A DNA stretch of 64,000 nt, taken from Paramecium tetraurelia. Its lineage: Eukaryota. The DNA lies in assembly GCA_000165425.1 (NCBI GenBank), contig CT867985.1, positions 310,001 through 374,000 on the forward strand, given 5' to 3'. This document shows, one piece after another, positions 39,377-51,644 of the stretch; position 1 is the first letter of the stretch, and every line of letters starts with the position of its first letter. The notes below the pieces were generated by a model. It made no database searches. It was not told where the DNA came from and saw only the letters and a list, made by a program, of their open reading frames with translations. The translations under genes were made by a program, and so were the position numbers.

Positions 39377-39767
39377 ATGTTTTCATCTTATCGAAAGAAA
39401 TTGTTTGATTAGAAACTTGCTGAGTAGCAATAAAATCTCCATTAATAGAAAGAACTGAAAATAAGATAGAGTCGAGGTTAAATTGATCAAAGAGCACTCG
39501 CTACCTATTTAGGAGCGTACATTCAAATGAAATGTATAAGATTTATTGGATTTTTAAGAAATCGAGGATTTCTTTTATGAATAATGTACCAATTAATGCA
39601 TTGATATCTAAAACGAGTGGATGAATGATAAGGAAAGATAGTGTTTGACTGATTGCAATAGTAAAATAACAAAATTCACCAAAATTGCAAAAGACAATTA
39701 TGCAAACATAGACGACGAAACCAAAAAGATTGTTTCTTCTGTTTCTTCATTGCTAAGTAGAAGATGA
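39377..39767 (+). CDS. Small Tim (Tim8/9/10/13, twin CX3C) family protein
   Basis: After a 25-nt intron: FYEQCTNQCIDIQNEWMNDKERQCLTDCNSK, a twin CX3C motif; missed by the ORF track. Confidence 0.82.
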
Positions 39768-40508
39768 TTTATAATAAATTTAATATTTTATATACCAATT
39801 AGAGATCTTTAAATTAGTACATTGTAAAGAAATCTCAATTATAAATATATGTGTGGATGTGAGTGTTAGTAAATAATTAAACCATAAGAGTATTCATTAA
39901 ATTAATAATAATAAACTCAAAGATTGTATTATATTAATCATTTTTAAGAAATTGTTATTCAAAAGAAATAATCAATGTTATGATTCAAAAATTAACTATA
40001 TAAAAGCAGGTATCCATCAAAATAAGCCAAATTTTATATTCATTTAGAAGTATAACTTCCAAAATATAAATAAAAAATTAAAGTAATAAGGAAAATAGAT
40101 TTTGAAAATTACTATGATCATTTCACAATTTTTCAGATTCTAAGATTCTATCATTTTAAACAAAGTTTAATAACTTTTCTTTTATTACAAAAAACAATTT
40201 ATTTTGATCTAATAATTCTTAAGTGGTTAAAAGAATTTTAACAAATTTATTTTCCAAATCTATTAATGATTTTGGGATATATTTTTAAAAAGACAATCCA
40301 ACACAAATGAAGGTTCAAAGATAAAAAATTGGATTAAATTATGAACTCTAATATATTGTATTTAAAATAAGTAAAGATGCAAACTATTTATATATAATAA
40401 ATAAGAGCAAAGGAAGATGAAGAAATATTAATATTTAAGCTACTAAATTAGAAGCAAGATAATAAAATAGCTCTGATTACTCTGTTTAATAATTGATTAT
40501 ATAATTTA

Positions 40509-42075
40509 ATGTCTTTTTAAATATAACATTATATTATAGGTATAGAATATTATAATAATGGATAAGATTAGTTATTAGGAAATGGCAAATACGGAAAAAT
40601 TGTTATCGCGAAACACTAATTAGTGAATGAAAATGTTTTAATCAAAATATTAGAGAAAAAGAATCTGAAATTAAATAGAGATTTGTAAAACCTTGAGAAT
40701 GAAATTCAAATACTCAGATAGATCAAGCATTAGAATGTAATACAATTATATGAAGTAATTTCAATCAAGTTAATATAGATTTTGGAATCTACATACAATA
40801 TTTACATGATTTTTGAATTTGGAGAAGGAGATGACCTGAAACATAAATTAAACTAATGCTAAAAGTATCATAATTATAATTTATTGATTTTCAGAGGCTT
40901 AATCTTTAATATATTTGCAGCAAATTGCCAAAGGAGTTTCGTATTTGCATGAAAATAACATAGTTCATTGTAAATTAAGATTAGAGAACATCGTATTATA
41001 AAATGGAAAACCCAAGATTATCGATTTTAGCCAGGCTATCAAGATGGATTAATAGGCAACCATAGATTACTCTACAATTAAATTATCATATTAATCTCCT
41101 GAAATGTTAAACTCGCTATATTATGAATTTGACGGATAAAAATATGATATATGGTGCTTAGGTCTAATGCTTTATCAAATGTTGTAAGGCTAATTGCCAT
41201 TTGACAATATAACTAACAATAATGACTTGAAAAATAAAATTAAGAAATCACAATTTTAAATAAATTCTCCAATTTCTTAGTAAGTTTGTTCATTATTAGA
41301 ATCAATGCTTACGATTGATCCAAACAAAAGAATTACTCTTAATGAATTAATGAATTTCTTAGAATCATAAAATCTAATTTTTGAAGATGAATATTTAAAG
41401 GTTCATGATGATATTCCAATACATCTAATTATTAAAGAGTTGGAAGAGAATCAAATAGAAACAGTCAACTTATTTCAATAATTAGAGCAGAATAAACATT
41501 GTACATTAACTACATGTTATTACTTAATAAAAAATAAGTTAATGAAAAGAGATAAATTAAACAAGATCAAAGAAAATTTAATGAATTTTGAAAATAGTAA
41601 ATTTAACTTTATGACAAAATTAAGAAATAGTTTGCAATTTACAACAACTAAATCTCGAATTTATCAAAATGGCACTAGAGTTCATACTGAAAATAATCAT
41701 ATTAGAGCTGAAAGTACTACTTCACATTCATATAATAAAAGATCATTGAGTAAAACAACTAATCACAAAACTCCATTTATGAAATAAGTTCAATAAGCTT
41801 AAAAATTATCTCAAACTTAAAATTCCTTCTTTCCTTCATATAATTCTACCAACTAATGCAATTTAAATAAGGGCAACAACAGCATTAATAACAATAACAA
41901 TAAATCTAACAATATTAACAATCAAAATTTCTAACAATTGGGAATAATTAGTGATGGCTATTAAATCTATTAAGATAAACTTCAATAGAGATTAAAAAGT
42001 CTCTTGTATTCAAATAATAATTATATAATATAAGTAACAAATACAAAAAGAAGATCAGTGTCATAAAAAAATTGA
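40509..42075 (+). CDS. SNF1/CAMKL-like kinase-fold protein with degenerate catalytic motifs
   Basis: LGNGKYGKIV, VLIKILEK, KHQNVIQLYE, IVHCKLRLEN, IIDFSQA, YQSPE, DIWCLG; Q/N-rich tail. Confidence 0.82.
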
Positions 42076-42123
42076 TATAAATTTATAGATGTTAAACATT
42101 TTAACTAGAAATGAATTAACCAT

Positions 42124-43157
42124 TCATTTTTATTATTTAATTTGCCTTTCTACTCTAATACGTGATACTTCTTAGTATTTAGGCTAAGCAAACTTTTTTC
42201 TAACAGCCTATAAATTTGATTTGTCTGATGATTGCAAAACAAGACACATTTCTTTAGCACAATACCTAAGTTCTTATTCATTATAACCAGTCATTTTCTG
42301 CATTTCTTCACTCCAAGATTGAGGAGTCTTCCTATGAAAATATATTTCTGATACCTTATTTTGTGGACTAAATAAATAGCTGCTGCAGATAGAAACGATG
42401 GTTTATAGTTCATAAATTTGATGTCAACAATTGATAGCTCTAAAAGATACTAAGCCAAGCTTAAATTCTTAGTATCTAATCCTGCAATTCTACCAAATCT
42501 CTAAAGAAAACAATAACTTGATGGTTGGGTTATGGAGAAGTCTAATGTTTATAATATTTATCCTTCCATTTCAAGGACATCCTATTTTGTGTAGGCATTG
42601 TCAGTGATGTACACAAAATCTTTCAAATCAGGGGGATATATTTCTTCATATTTACAAGCTATAAATAATGAAGCTACTCCAACTAATTAAAGTTATTATC
42701 TGGTTGTAGTCTTAAAATTAAGAAACCTGTCAATTAAATAAGTTGTAACATATAAGGTCTCATCTCTTAATTTAAATTTGAGATGGACATCAATCAACCA
42801 ATCTAAAAGAATTGCTCTCATTCTTGCATTTAAGTCAGGTTGTTATTATTCATTCATGTAATTATTACTAACTAAATATTTTTCTTCTTAAGTCAACAAA
42901 TAAGTATAGATCTCCTTATTATATAAAGAAGTGAATTAAGGGTCTTTAATCATTTGTTAATCAAAAGAACATAATTGTTGAGTATTATTTTCAACTTCCA
43001 TTTTATTTTCTTTCTCTTCCTACCATAAATTTAGTTTGAGATATCTAGGTAATACAGTAAGATGCTTTGGTTTATTTCTGTCTGTGTTTTCCTTTTAGAA
43101 TTCACCCGATGAATTAACCAATTCTTTGCCGAAGAATCTATACTGTTCGTGGATCAT
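42124..43157 (-). CDS. Mitotic (A/B-type) cyclin
   Basis: [55 protein letters not shown]. Confidence 0.95.
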
Positions 43158-43204
43158 TTTATTATACGTTAAAAATATAATATTCTGTTAAAATTTATTA
43201 TTAT

Positions 43205-44068
43205 TCAATTATAATTGTACAATTATATTAATTATTATAAATGACAATCCTATCTGCATATTGGGCATTATTGTTTCAATATAACTTGCTGCATTATGCA
43301 ATCCCAACAATATAAATGTCCACATGGAGTGCAAGTCACATTTGTTGCATTATCATAACAAATTAAACATTATGTAAATTTATCATTATTCTCATTTGTT
43401 GTTATATTTCTTTCTTTATTCACTTGATCTTTCATATTTTCATTCTTAATCTTCAAAACAAAGTTGTACAAGCTTCTCATGAATTGCAGAATCAGTAATA
43501 TTAAATAAGCTTAGCCAATCCTTTTGTACTTAATATTGTGATTTGGAGGTATTCTATTGAAAATGAATTGGATTTGAGTTAATCTCTTGCTTATCTCAAA
43601 GTAAGAGCCTTGGATTAAAAATAATGCTAAGTGAAAGTCTTAAATCCCTTCTAATACATCATTGATATCTGGCAAATTCTTAAGCATTTTGTTTGCCGAC
43701 TGTTATTACTAATACATTATTTATCTAGATCTTAACTTTGGTATTGAAAATGAGAGTAATTATAAAATTATAAATAACACTTTCCTTCTTTTTTGCAAAG
43801 GTACAAAATGATCATCATAGTCAGAATAATTGAAAACTTAAATGTTTGTATATTCCTCTCCTATAGTTTTGACTTCTCGTAAGTATGTCAATAAATAATA
43901 AGTCAGATTACTTATCATTTTAATAGTATTGAGTTTATTGAAGATTTACCTAGTTGAAACAAAATATTCCAGAAGATTGCATATATTTTGATAGATCGAT
44001 TGAATCATCTCCGAATCCTTTTAAGATGCTCTTATCAATTCAGGTTAATAAGCATAAGTAAATGACAT
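43205..44068 (-). CDS. PEX10: Peroxin-10 RING E3 ligase
   Basis: AYQPELIRASQKD, TIGEEY, HLALFLIQGSYFEISKRL, C3HC4 RING CLIC...TPCGHLYCWDCI...CPICR. Confidence 0.93.
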
Positions 44069-44262
44069 TTATATATATATTAAAATTAAATTATACTTTT
44101 TCTAAAATACTTAATTGATTAGTGATTTAAAAATTGTCAGGGAATATTGGAGTATTGGCTATATGGTTGAATTCATTTGGATTAGGAATATGGACAATAA
44201 TTATAATATTTGATATCGACTTTAACTTATCGAATTAAATAATTAATATCTTAAATAAAAAA

Positions 44263-44700
44263 ATGAACGCCAAAGGTGCAGGGTTGACATATGTAAGCGA
44301 ATACAAATCTGATGAATTCAGAACATTCAGAGGCGGTTTGAGACATTTGCCTGAGAGAGCAGAGGCTATGGTACATAATAGCAAGAACAATTTGTCTAAT
44401 TATCATGACAAATTTAATTATGAGAGAGTAAATTGTTCATTTAAATTAAAAGGGGTTCATTTAACACTCAAGATCATTATCTAACCAACACCACAATTTC
44501 CATTTTATGTATGGAGGACCTAAAGAATACTTATTCAAGAGACTTTTCTATGGTGCATGGTATAGAAAGAATATCAGAAATTTCTGGTTCCCTGCTGTGT
44601 TTAGTTATGGACGTAAGCATTTTACTATGAAATAGTTGGTTGTTTCTGCATGAGATTATATGATAATGCAGCCCATGACTTCTTTTATTTCACCGATTGA
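44263..44700 (+). CDS. Probable ciliate cytochrome bc1 subunit (QCR8/UQCRQ-like), single TM
   Basis: MNAKGAGL...FRGGLRH...YERGFIQHSRSLSNQ...WYRKNIRNFWFPAVFSYG...MRLYDN; two introns. Resembles my recollection of a Tetrahymena complex III subunit (not database-checked). Confidence 0.6.
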
Positions 44701-44741
44701 GATAATTACATAATAATACATAAATAGTATAAAACCAGAAT

Positions 44742-45290
44742 TCATAGCAATCTTTCTAATAGCATTTTTTCAAGTAATAAATTATTTCTCAAAATGCTTT
44801 CTTCACTAAACCCTAATTGCTTTCTGAACTTTTAATTCTGAGGCAGTATTTTCTCAATGAATGAAAATTGCTCTGTGATAAACGGAGCTCTTTTCTCATA
44901 CTCAGGCAATTTAACAATTATTTTATTAGAATACTTATTGTTTTACTTTATGTAATCGCATAACATTTTTTTAGCCTTTTCCTTATTCCATTTTTTAAAA
45001 TTCGGTAGACAAACACGATTATCATCATTGGCCAATTTATTGATCCTAAATTTACATTGAGACAAATTCATTTTTTATAATGAGGTTTATCTTGAATGAT
45101 TAGATACAATGGCATCCTTCATTTCTCGGACTCTTTCTGTGCTTATATACTCTTGACTCCTTAATTTAGTTGACTGTAAATTCCGAAGGACCATTCTAGG
45201 ACTCTTTTAAACAATGTCTGGCAGTTAAGAACTGTCTGTTTTGGTTTGAGTGCCAATATTAAGCTTCAACTTTTATTGCAATGAATTCAT
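44742..45290 (-). CDS. Hypothetical protein
   Basis: Open code-6 frame MNSLQQKL...LLERLL-TGA. Confidence 0.6.
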
Positions 45291-45325
45291 TTATTTAATT
45301 AAAGTCAATAGAAACTATGTATATT

Positions 45326-45872
45326 TCAATCAAAATCTTCTTAATCTCCACTAAAATCATACTCTATTCTTTCATGATTAGCTAATTTTCCATCAATAAA
45401 TAGAAATGTATCACTTTTGGTTTCCCATGGATTCAGGAGCATCTGATCTTTTAAGTTAGCTCCTAATGCAGGTTGATCATACATGGATTCCCAAGTATTG
45501 GTTGAATGGGGTATGCAGAAAGGAAAGCGAAATTCGTACTCTTTGATGAGGTTATTTTTAAAATAGAATCTAGATTGGTTTTGTTAAATACCTATCAATG
45601 AGGAGCAAATTCTTTAATGGCTTATCGAAAGTCTTGAATATTTTTGTTGCTCCCAAAGTCTTGATATCGAAATATTGAGGCGTGAATTGATAACTCAAAA
45701 CTTCTTATTATTAATTTTCATCGTCATTATCAAAGTCAAATAAAATAAAATTATCATCAGCATCTCTGAGTATAAATTTAATAAATTTAATTTCTTCTGA
45801 GGGTTGGCACAAAAATTTATCACATGGATTTGTGAATGTTCTCACAATTTCAGGAGTGATCACTTTTTACAT
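45326..45872 (-). CDS. UNC119: UNC119 (myristoyl-binding, PDE-delta family)
   Basis: ITPEIV, FLCQP, IKFIKFILRD, FPFCIPHSTNTWE, PWETKSDTFLFIDGKL. Confidence 0.9.
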
Positions 45873-45921
45873 ATTAAATTAAATAGAGATGTTAATTTAA
45901 TAATTTAAATTTAATTACAAA

Positions 45922-46281
45922 ATGTTTAGAAAACCACGATAAATAGAAACTCATTCACTACACTATTCCATTAGTTAAAGCGAAATTAAAAGATCTTCCT
46001 ACTTTACTAACCTATCTCATAGATATAGATCTTAGTCAATTGATCTCAGCAATCAAAAAATAAAATAACCCATTTTGTAGATTAAATCAAAATCGAAACC
46101 AAGAATGCAAATCAATCCTATCAAATTCCAGATCTTCAAGTCCAACAAACCACTTACAGAGTTCAAAGAATTCAAATTGAGAACAGCTGACAGATGCAAA
46201 AGCAGAGAAAAACTCAGAATCAGGGAGTAAAACAAAGAGAATAAAGAAAATATATATATTTAATATAATACAAAACTATGA
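45922..46281 (+). CDS. Small basic hypothetical protein
   Basis: MFRKPRQIETHSL... open to TGA at 46279; the last codons look like intergenic sequence. Confidence 0.5.
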
Positions 46282-48284
46282 AAATATGCTAAATCATCAT
46301 CAAAAACAAGAGAGGACAAAATACCTTTGTTGTCTCATCAAACGATTATTCCCATGAATTATCATTGCAACATTCTAAGGATATTTATAATTACATTCTT
46401 AGTTAGATTAGTATTCATCAATTAATCATTTAGAGACTGCAAAAAAGATAGATCGATCTATTGTTTTGGAATCAAATTACTTTTGTATTTGCAATGTAAA
46501 TAAAGATGTACTTAAAATCAACCTAATGATCCTAGGCAATATTGTTGATTATTGTATAACGCAATGAATTATTCTTGGGATGTGAGGCAATCAAAAAGAT
46601 AGCTGAATTCTATTCAACCTACTCTAAATAAGAAATCACAACCAAAAATTATTAGGAGGTAACAGTCAATTCTACTCCTCGATGTTGCTATTATTAGAAG
46701 AATTCTTGTACACTAAAGAATTTTTGCCCTAAAAATTATAATTTTATTTGGCAGTTAAACTTTCTGTCTCATCTAGATGCATCACAGATTTTGATCATCT
46801 TTAAGAGTTTTCATCACACTAAGCCACAATTGAAAAAGATCTAATTGCTAATATACCTTCAAAATACGCTAAAAGACAATAAATTATAGAAAAGCAATTA
46901 GATATTATTAACATATTTATTAAACCAATTACCAATTTGAGTGAATATAAGACGAACTAAGAAGAACTTTAATGAAAACAAAAATAAAAGAAGAGTTTAT
47001 ATGATTGTGCATTTAAGATGAAGAGTAAGTAAGTTCACAAAGAAAACATCTTCCAAAGATATAAACCATAAAGACCAAATACATAGTATAAATAGCATAC
47101 ATAAGAGTCTTCCCAATTTGTAAATTAATATAAGGGTATAAGCAGTTCATATATGCAAATAATGAAGCTGATTTTTTTTAAAGTTAAATACAAAGAGTTG
47201 GAGAACAGCAGGATTAAGCCAATTAACAAACCAAACAATAATAATCTAAGCCACCTCAGCAGTAAACTAGTAGGTAAATTAATTTACTGGATTACGGAGA
47301 GAACTTTACTTCTGTTGAAGCTTCCAAAATATAGGTTAATCAGCCTAAAATTCTGCTGAAGAATAGCCAAATACTAACCCTATTTAAGCGAAGCCAAAGT
47401 AACAATAAAATGCAAATGATCTATTAGATTTAGATGATAGACCAAACCAGTAAATACAGGGTTAAATTGAATAAAGTTCTGGTCCTGATTTATCTTTTTT
47501 AAATTTATCTCCACTTATCTAAAATGAACCTTGCCTGAGAATGCTTGAGAAAATGGTGATTGCTAAGAAAGATGGGAGATTGAAGGAACTTAAAATATTT
47601 GGATAGGTAGCTTTGGAAGGGGATTTCACATTTGATGATTAATCTAATCTTTAACTGTTGATACAATATTGGTCGGATACTTAAGGGTGTTAAAGGAGGA
47701 TCACTCCAAATTCATTGGATTTATAATTATATCGCAAAAATGGTTATAAAATGGTTATCAAAATTCAAGTTACAAGGGAATCATTGATTACATAATAATA
47801 CCAACAAGAGCATTTATTTAATAAAGGATTCCAGTATCTTTTTGTATAGATTGGAATGTGTCATTTGCCAGTTATTGTCTTCAATATAAGGTGAATGATT
47901 TATGGCGTATGCCATTGTAGGATATTGTTATCGAAGTTAATCTAGAGAATGATGTGGAGTTTGATGATTTGAAAACAATCCCAGTAGCATAAATAGTGAA
48001 GGATAAAAAAATTACTTGGAAGGTACAAATATTTATTCAAATTAGTCCAAACAACTACTATAATAATAGAAAGGCAAGTAAGTAATGAATTTTATGGGCA
48101 TAAAGAAAGCAAGAACCCCAAATTCTGAACCATATAAAAATTAGTTTAAAAGCTAATTTAATTGATTATACTAATATAGACATCTGTGATTGTAGATATG
48201 GATAGCATAAGGTCTTATAATAGATAAGAATACAAATGCTAGAAAAGGCTAAGTGAGGAGTTCAAAATATATGCGAATTCCTGA
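46278..48284 (+). pseudogene. Pseudogene of a longin + clathrin-box linker + muniscin-type mu-homology-domain protein (TCUP/TML-like)
   Basis: Reconstruction: MKICQIIIKNKRG...NYQEMLLLLEEFL (longin-like); INLLDY, DLLDLD; MLEKMVIAKKDGRLKELKIFGQVAL, QYKVNDLWRMPLQDIVIEV, KITWK (muHD-like). Lesions: intron 46659-46681 ends TCG, in-frame TGA at 46973, intron 47136-47158 ends CAA, 1-nt frameshift near 47348, 11-nt duplication at 47737-47758. Confidence 0.75.
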
Positions 48285-48315
48285 TTTATTAAATATATAA
48301 ATTAAATTTTGAAGG

Positions 48316-48552
48316 ATGAGTGAAGCTCAAGCAGACCGTATCTTATCGATTGCAAATCAAGAGACAGTAAATAGATTATTCAGAGTATGCTATAAATAGA
48401 TCACAGGTTGAAAATGAATTGAATAATTAGGATAAAGACCTGTTGGTAAATTTCAAGATAGCGATCATCAAGCTGTATTGAATTGTCACAGGAGATTGGT
48501 TGAAGTACTAAAAATTGTTGCACCTGCAATTGTACCCTTAAGAGAAGAATGA
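48316..48552 (+). CDS. Small Tim-like protein with a single Cys pair
   Basis: 70-aa MSEAQADRILSIANQETVNRLFRVCYKQITG|QRPVGKFQDSDHQAVLNCHRRLVEVLKIVA...; the 24-nt intron contains an in-frame TGA. Confidence 0.6.
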
Positions 48553-48643
48553 TTTAATTATACATATTGTTATCATCAAAACCAGAATATTTAATAAATA
48601 GCTACAAAATTCATTTATATATATCTTGTTTTTAATATAACAT

Positions 48644-50411
48644 TCATCTTCTCATTCCCATGGGTGGTCTACCTGGTTATCCTCTAGGTTTCATTTTTGT
48701 ATCTTAATCAGACTTTGGATTTTTGACTGTTTCATCAATAGATAAAATTGCACAAGCAGCCTATAAAATAAATGTGAATAACAACCTCAGTTGCTGAACA
48801 AAGAGCATTTCTTTTGACAAGACTGGGTTCCCAAACAAAGGAAGAATGTGTATCACATACTCCAGATGCACCATTAATATCGACTCCATACCATCTGCCT
48901 TCCTCTCCACCTTGAGCATGTCTTTATCTAAGTTTATTCATGATTTCGATTGAGTTTAATCCTGCATTTTCAGCAATGGTTCTTGGGATAACTTCTAATG
49001 CCTTAGCAAAGGAATTCACAATGTATTATGTCTTGCCAGTCACAGATCTAGCATAATGTCTAAGATATCTTGACAATTCCAATTCGATAGCACCACCTCC
49101 AGCTACGATCTTGTTGGCTTTGAAACATCTTCTGACAATCATAATAGCATCATTCAAAGATCTCTCAGCTTCTTAAATAAATTATTCAGCTCCACCTCTC
49201 AACACAATGGTTGCTGTTCTAGACTAAGAGTTATAGTTAATGATTAATGTACTTATGGACAATTTTTAAATAAGTTATATCTTTCTGCTCCAACTTAAAC
49301 TTCTTCGAATAATCCACAAGTTCCGAAAGTCTCAGGGTTTAGACCATTTACAGTTGTTTAGACTTAACCTCCAGTAGCCTGATTTGAATATAGGATTTAA
49401 ATACTTTTTAAACTCTGAGAAGATCTTCTTAAGGAACTCTTCCAGCACAAAAGATGTTCCTGTCAGCGAAATATTGTGTAGCCAAATCTCCAATGGGAAG
49501 TTTAGATAATACGATTTGGGCTCCTGCTTTAACAATGATATCTAATTTCTCATAGATCAATGCCCATTCAGCATCTACAATTTATTGATATTCTTCTGGT
49601 TTTTCAATTCTGATTTCTGCATTTTCCTTTTCACTTTTGAGTTCTAATTCCAAATTTAATAAACAGATCTTGGGATTCTCAAATCTCTTTGGTTATTGTT
49701 CAAATCCAGCATATGAAAAGGTCTTCTTGAATGCAACTCCATCAACCAAAAATGAATCATTTACACTTCCTCCTGTGACATTCTTGATTCCGATCAAATC
49801 TCTATCCAAAATATTTGGGTCCAACTTCTCCACTGCTGACACCACTAATTCACTAAAGAATTATTTAGTATTGGCTAACTAATTAATATTAATTATTATT
49901 ATACTAATTTTGAATTCAAAGCTGTCTAAGCACATTTCAATAAGGTGTCTCTCTTCTCTTATGGAGAATCTCGAGAAATGTTTATTGAGAATCCTTCTAA
50001 TTTTTCTAATGCTAATTCCAAAGCCTTTCTATATCCTTAAATCACTATTTGTGGATGGATTCCCTCTTCAATAAATGGCTTGGCTTCTTTTAGCAATTCT
50101 GCAGCCAACAATGTAGTGGAGGTTGTACCATCACCAACTTCATCATCTTGGGATTTGGCAATGTCGACCAACACTCTAGCAGCTGGATGGACAACCTCTA
50201 ATAAATTTAGAATTGTCGCTCCATCATTAGAAATGGTCACTTTTGGACCTGTCTGAATCATTTTATCCATTCCTCTTGGGCCAAGAGTGCTTTTAACCAC
50301 ATCAGCCACAGCTTACACAGCATTGATGTTAGACACTATTTAAGCTCTACCTTATGAGGTGTCTGTGCCTTCTCTCAATAACAAGATGGTTGGTTGTAAG
50401 AATTGGGACAT
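48644..50411 (-). CDS. CCT7: Chaperonin CCT/TRiC subunit eta
   Basis: [58 protein letters not shown]. Confidence 0.96.
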
Positions 50412-51153
50412 TTAATACACAATTTTATTTATTTAAATTTGAGGCATTTTCTTTTACAAACATTCATTTTCAAATATACTATTCAAAAAACCATTTAATT
50501 CAATTATTTCATATCAATACTCATACTACGAATGCATCAATCATTTTAGTGTTATAATTATTCGCAAAATATCAATATTATAACATTAAATTAATTTTTA
50601 ATTTGTTAATATCATCTCTTCTAAAAATCATAGCAGAACTAATAATATTACTAAAGTAAAAATTGAAAAGAATCATTTTTATTTATGAAACATAATTGTA
50701 ATTAAAAATAACGCTATTTAATATAAGTCTTGAAAATTAGGTAATCAATATACAAGAATAACTGAAATAAGTTGGAATTTATAATGTAATTAAAGCTTCA
50801 GTATAAAAGAACCCCAAAATTAGTGAGGTTAGGATTATTAATAAATTAAACTAAATTGAAAATAAACGAGTACTCATAATTGTAATTTATTTTATCAAAG
50901 AAATTAATTTACAAAGAAATATAATGTATCATTTTATAGTTCATTGATTTCAACTAAAAGTTTATAATAACAGAGTATTTTCACAAGACGTGAAAGAATA
51001 CTTTCATTAGACAAATTAAATGCTTTGAATTTGGAAATAACTAAATTTAGATCACTTGATATAATCTTCAGGGATTGTATAATTATGAAGAGAGTTAAGA
51101 TTGGTGAGTCAATAAAATATTACTTTTTATATTTATTTTTATTTAATAACAAA

Positions 51154-51571
51154 TCAATCGAAATCATCATCTTTTTAATTTTTCTTCATATGCAATTTAA
51201 CCATAGCTTTACCAATGGCTCCAATCCAAGCTTCCTTCTCTTGATTATTATTTGACATCAGAAAAAATGTTGTTTCAGGTGTATCGATTTTCTAATGTTA
51301 TTTACAAATATACAAATGTATTTTCTTTGTTTGTTTCTTCTTAACATGATTTAATTGTACTTATGGTTGATAAAGGAATAATCTCTGTTGGATTACTATA
51401 TTATTTTTCTGCCTTGAATGTATAAAGGGTTGTCGTTGTTAAAACAAACCATCGTCTAAAACGAATGAATAATATAGAATACTTTCTCCAAGATTTAAAT
51501 ACCCGAGATTCTTTTTCTAGCCAGCCTTCTCTCATAATATTTTTGAGATCTTCAAGCATATTGTTTTGCAT
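51154..51571 (-). CDS. Stand-alone PH domain protein
   Basis: REGWLEKESRVFKSWRK|RWFVL...EKEAWIGAIGKAM; two introns. Confidence 0.9.
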
Positions 51572-51644
51572 TTGGTAAAATCTATATTTTATATAATATA
51601 TTATTTATGCTTCCTATATTTGTGAAAATCAATTTAATTGTTAT

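Noticed and set aside
46973..46975. In-frame TGA as selenocysteine or readthrough
   Set aside because: No redox motif or SECIS-like element seen; the locus carries several other disabling lesions.
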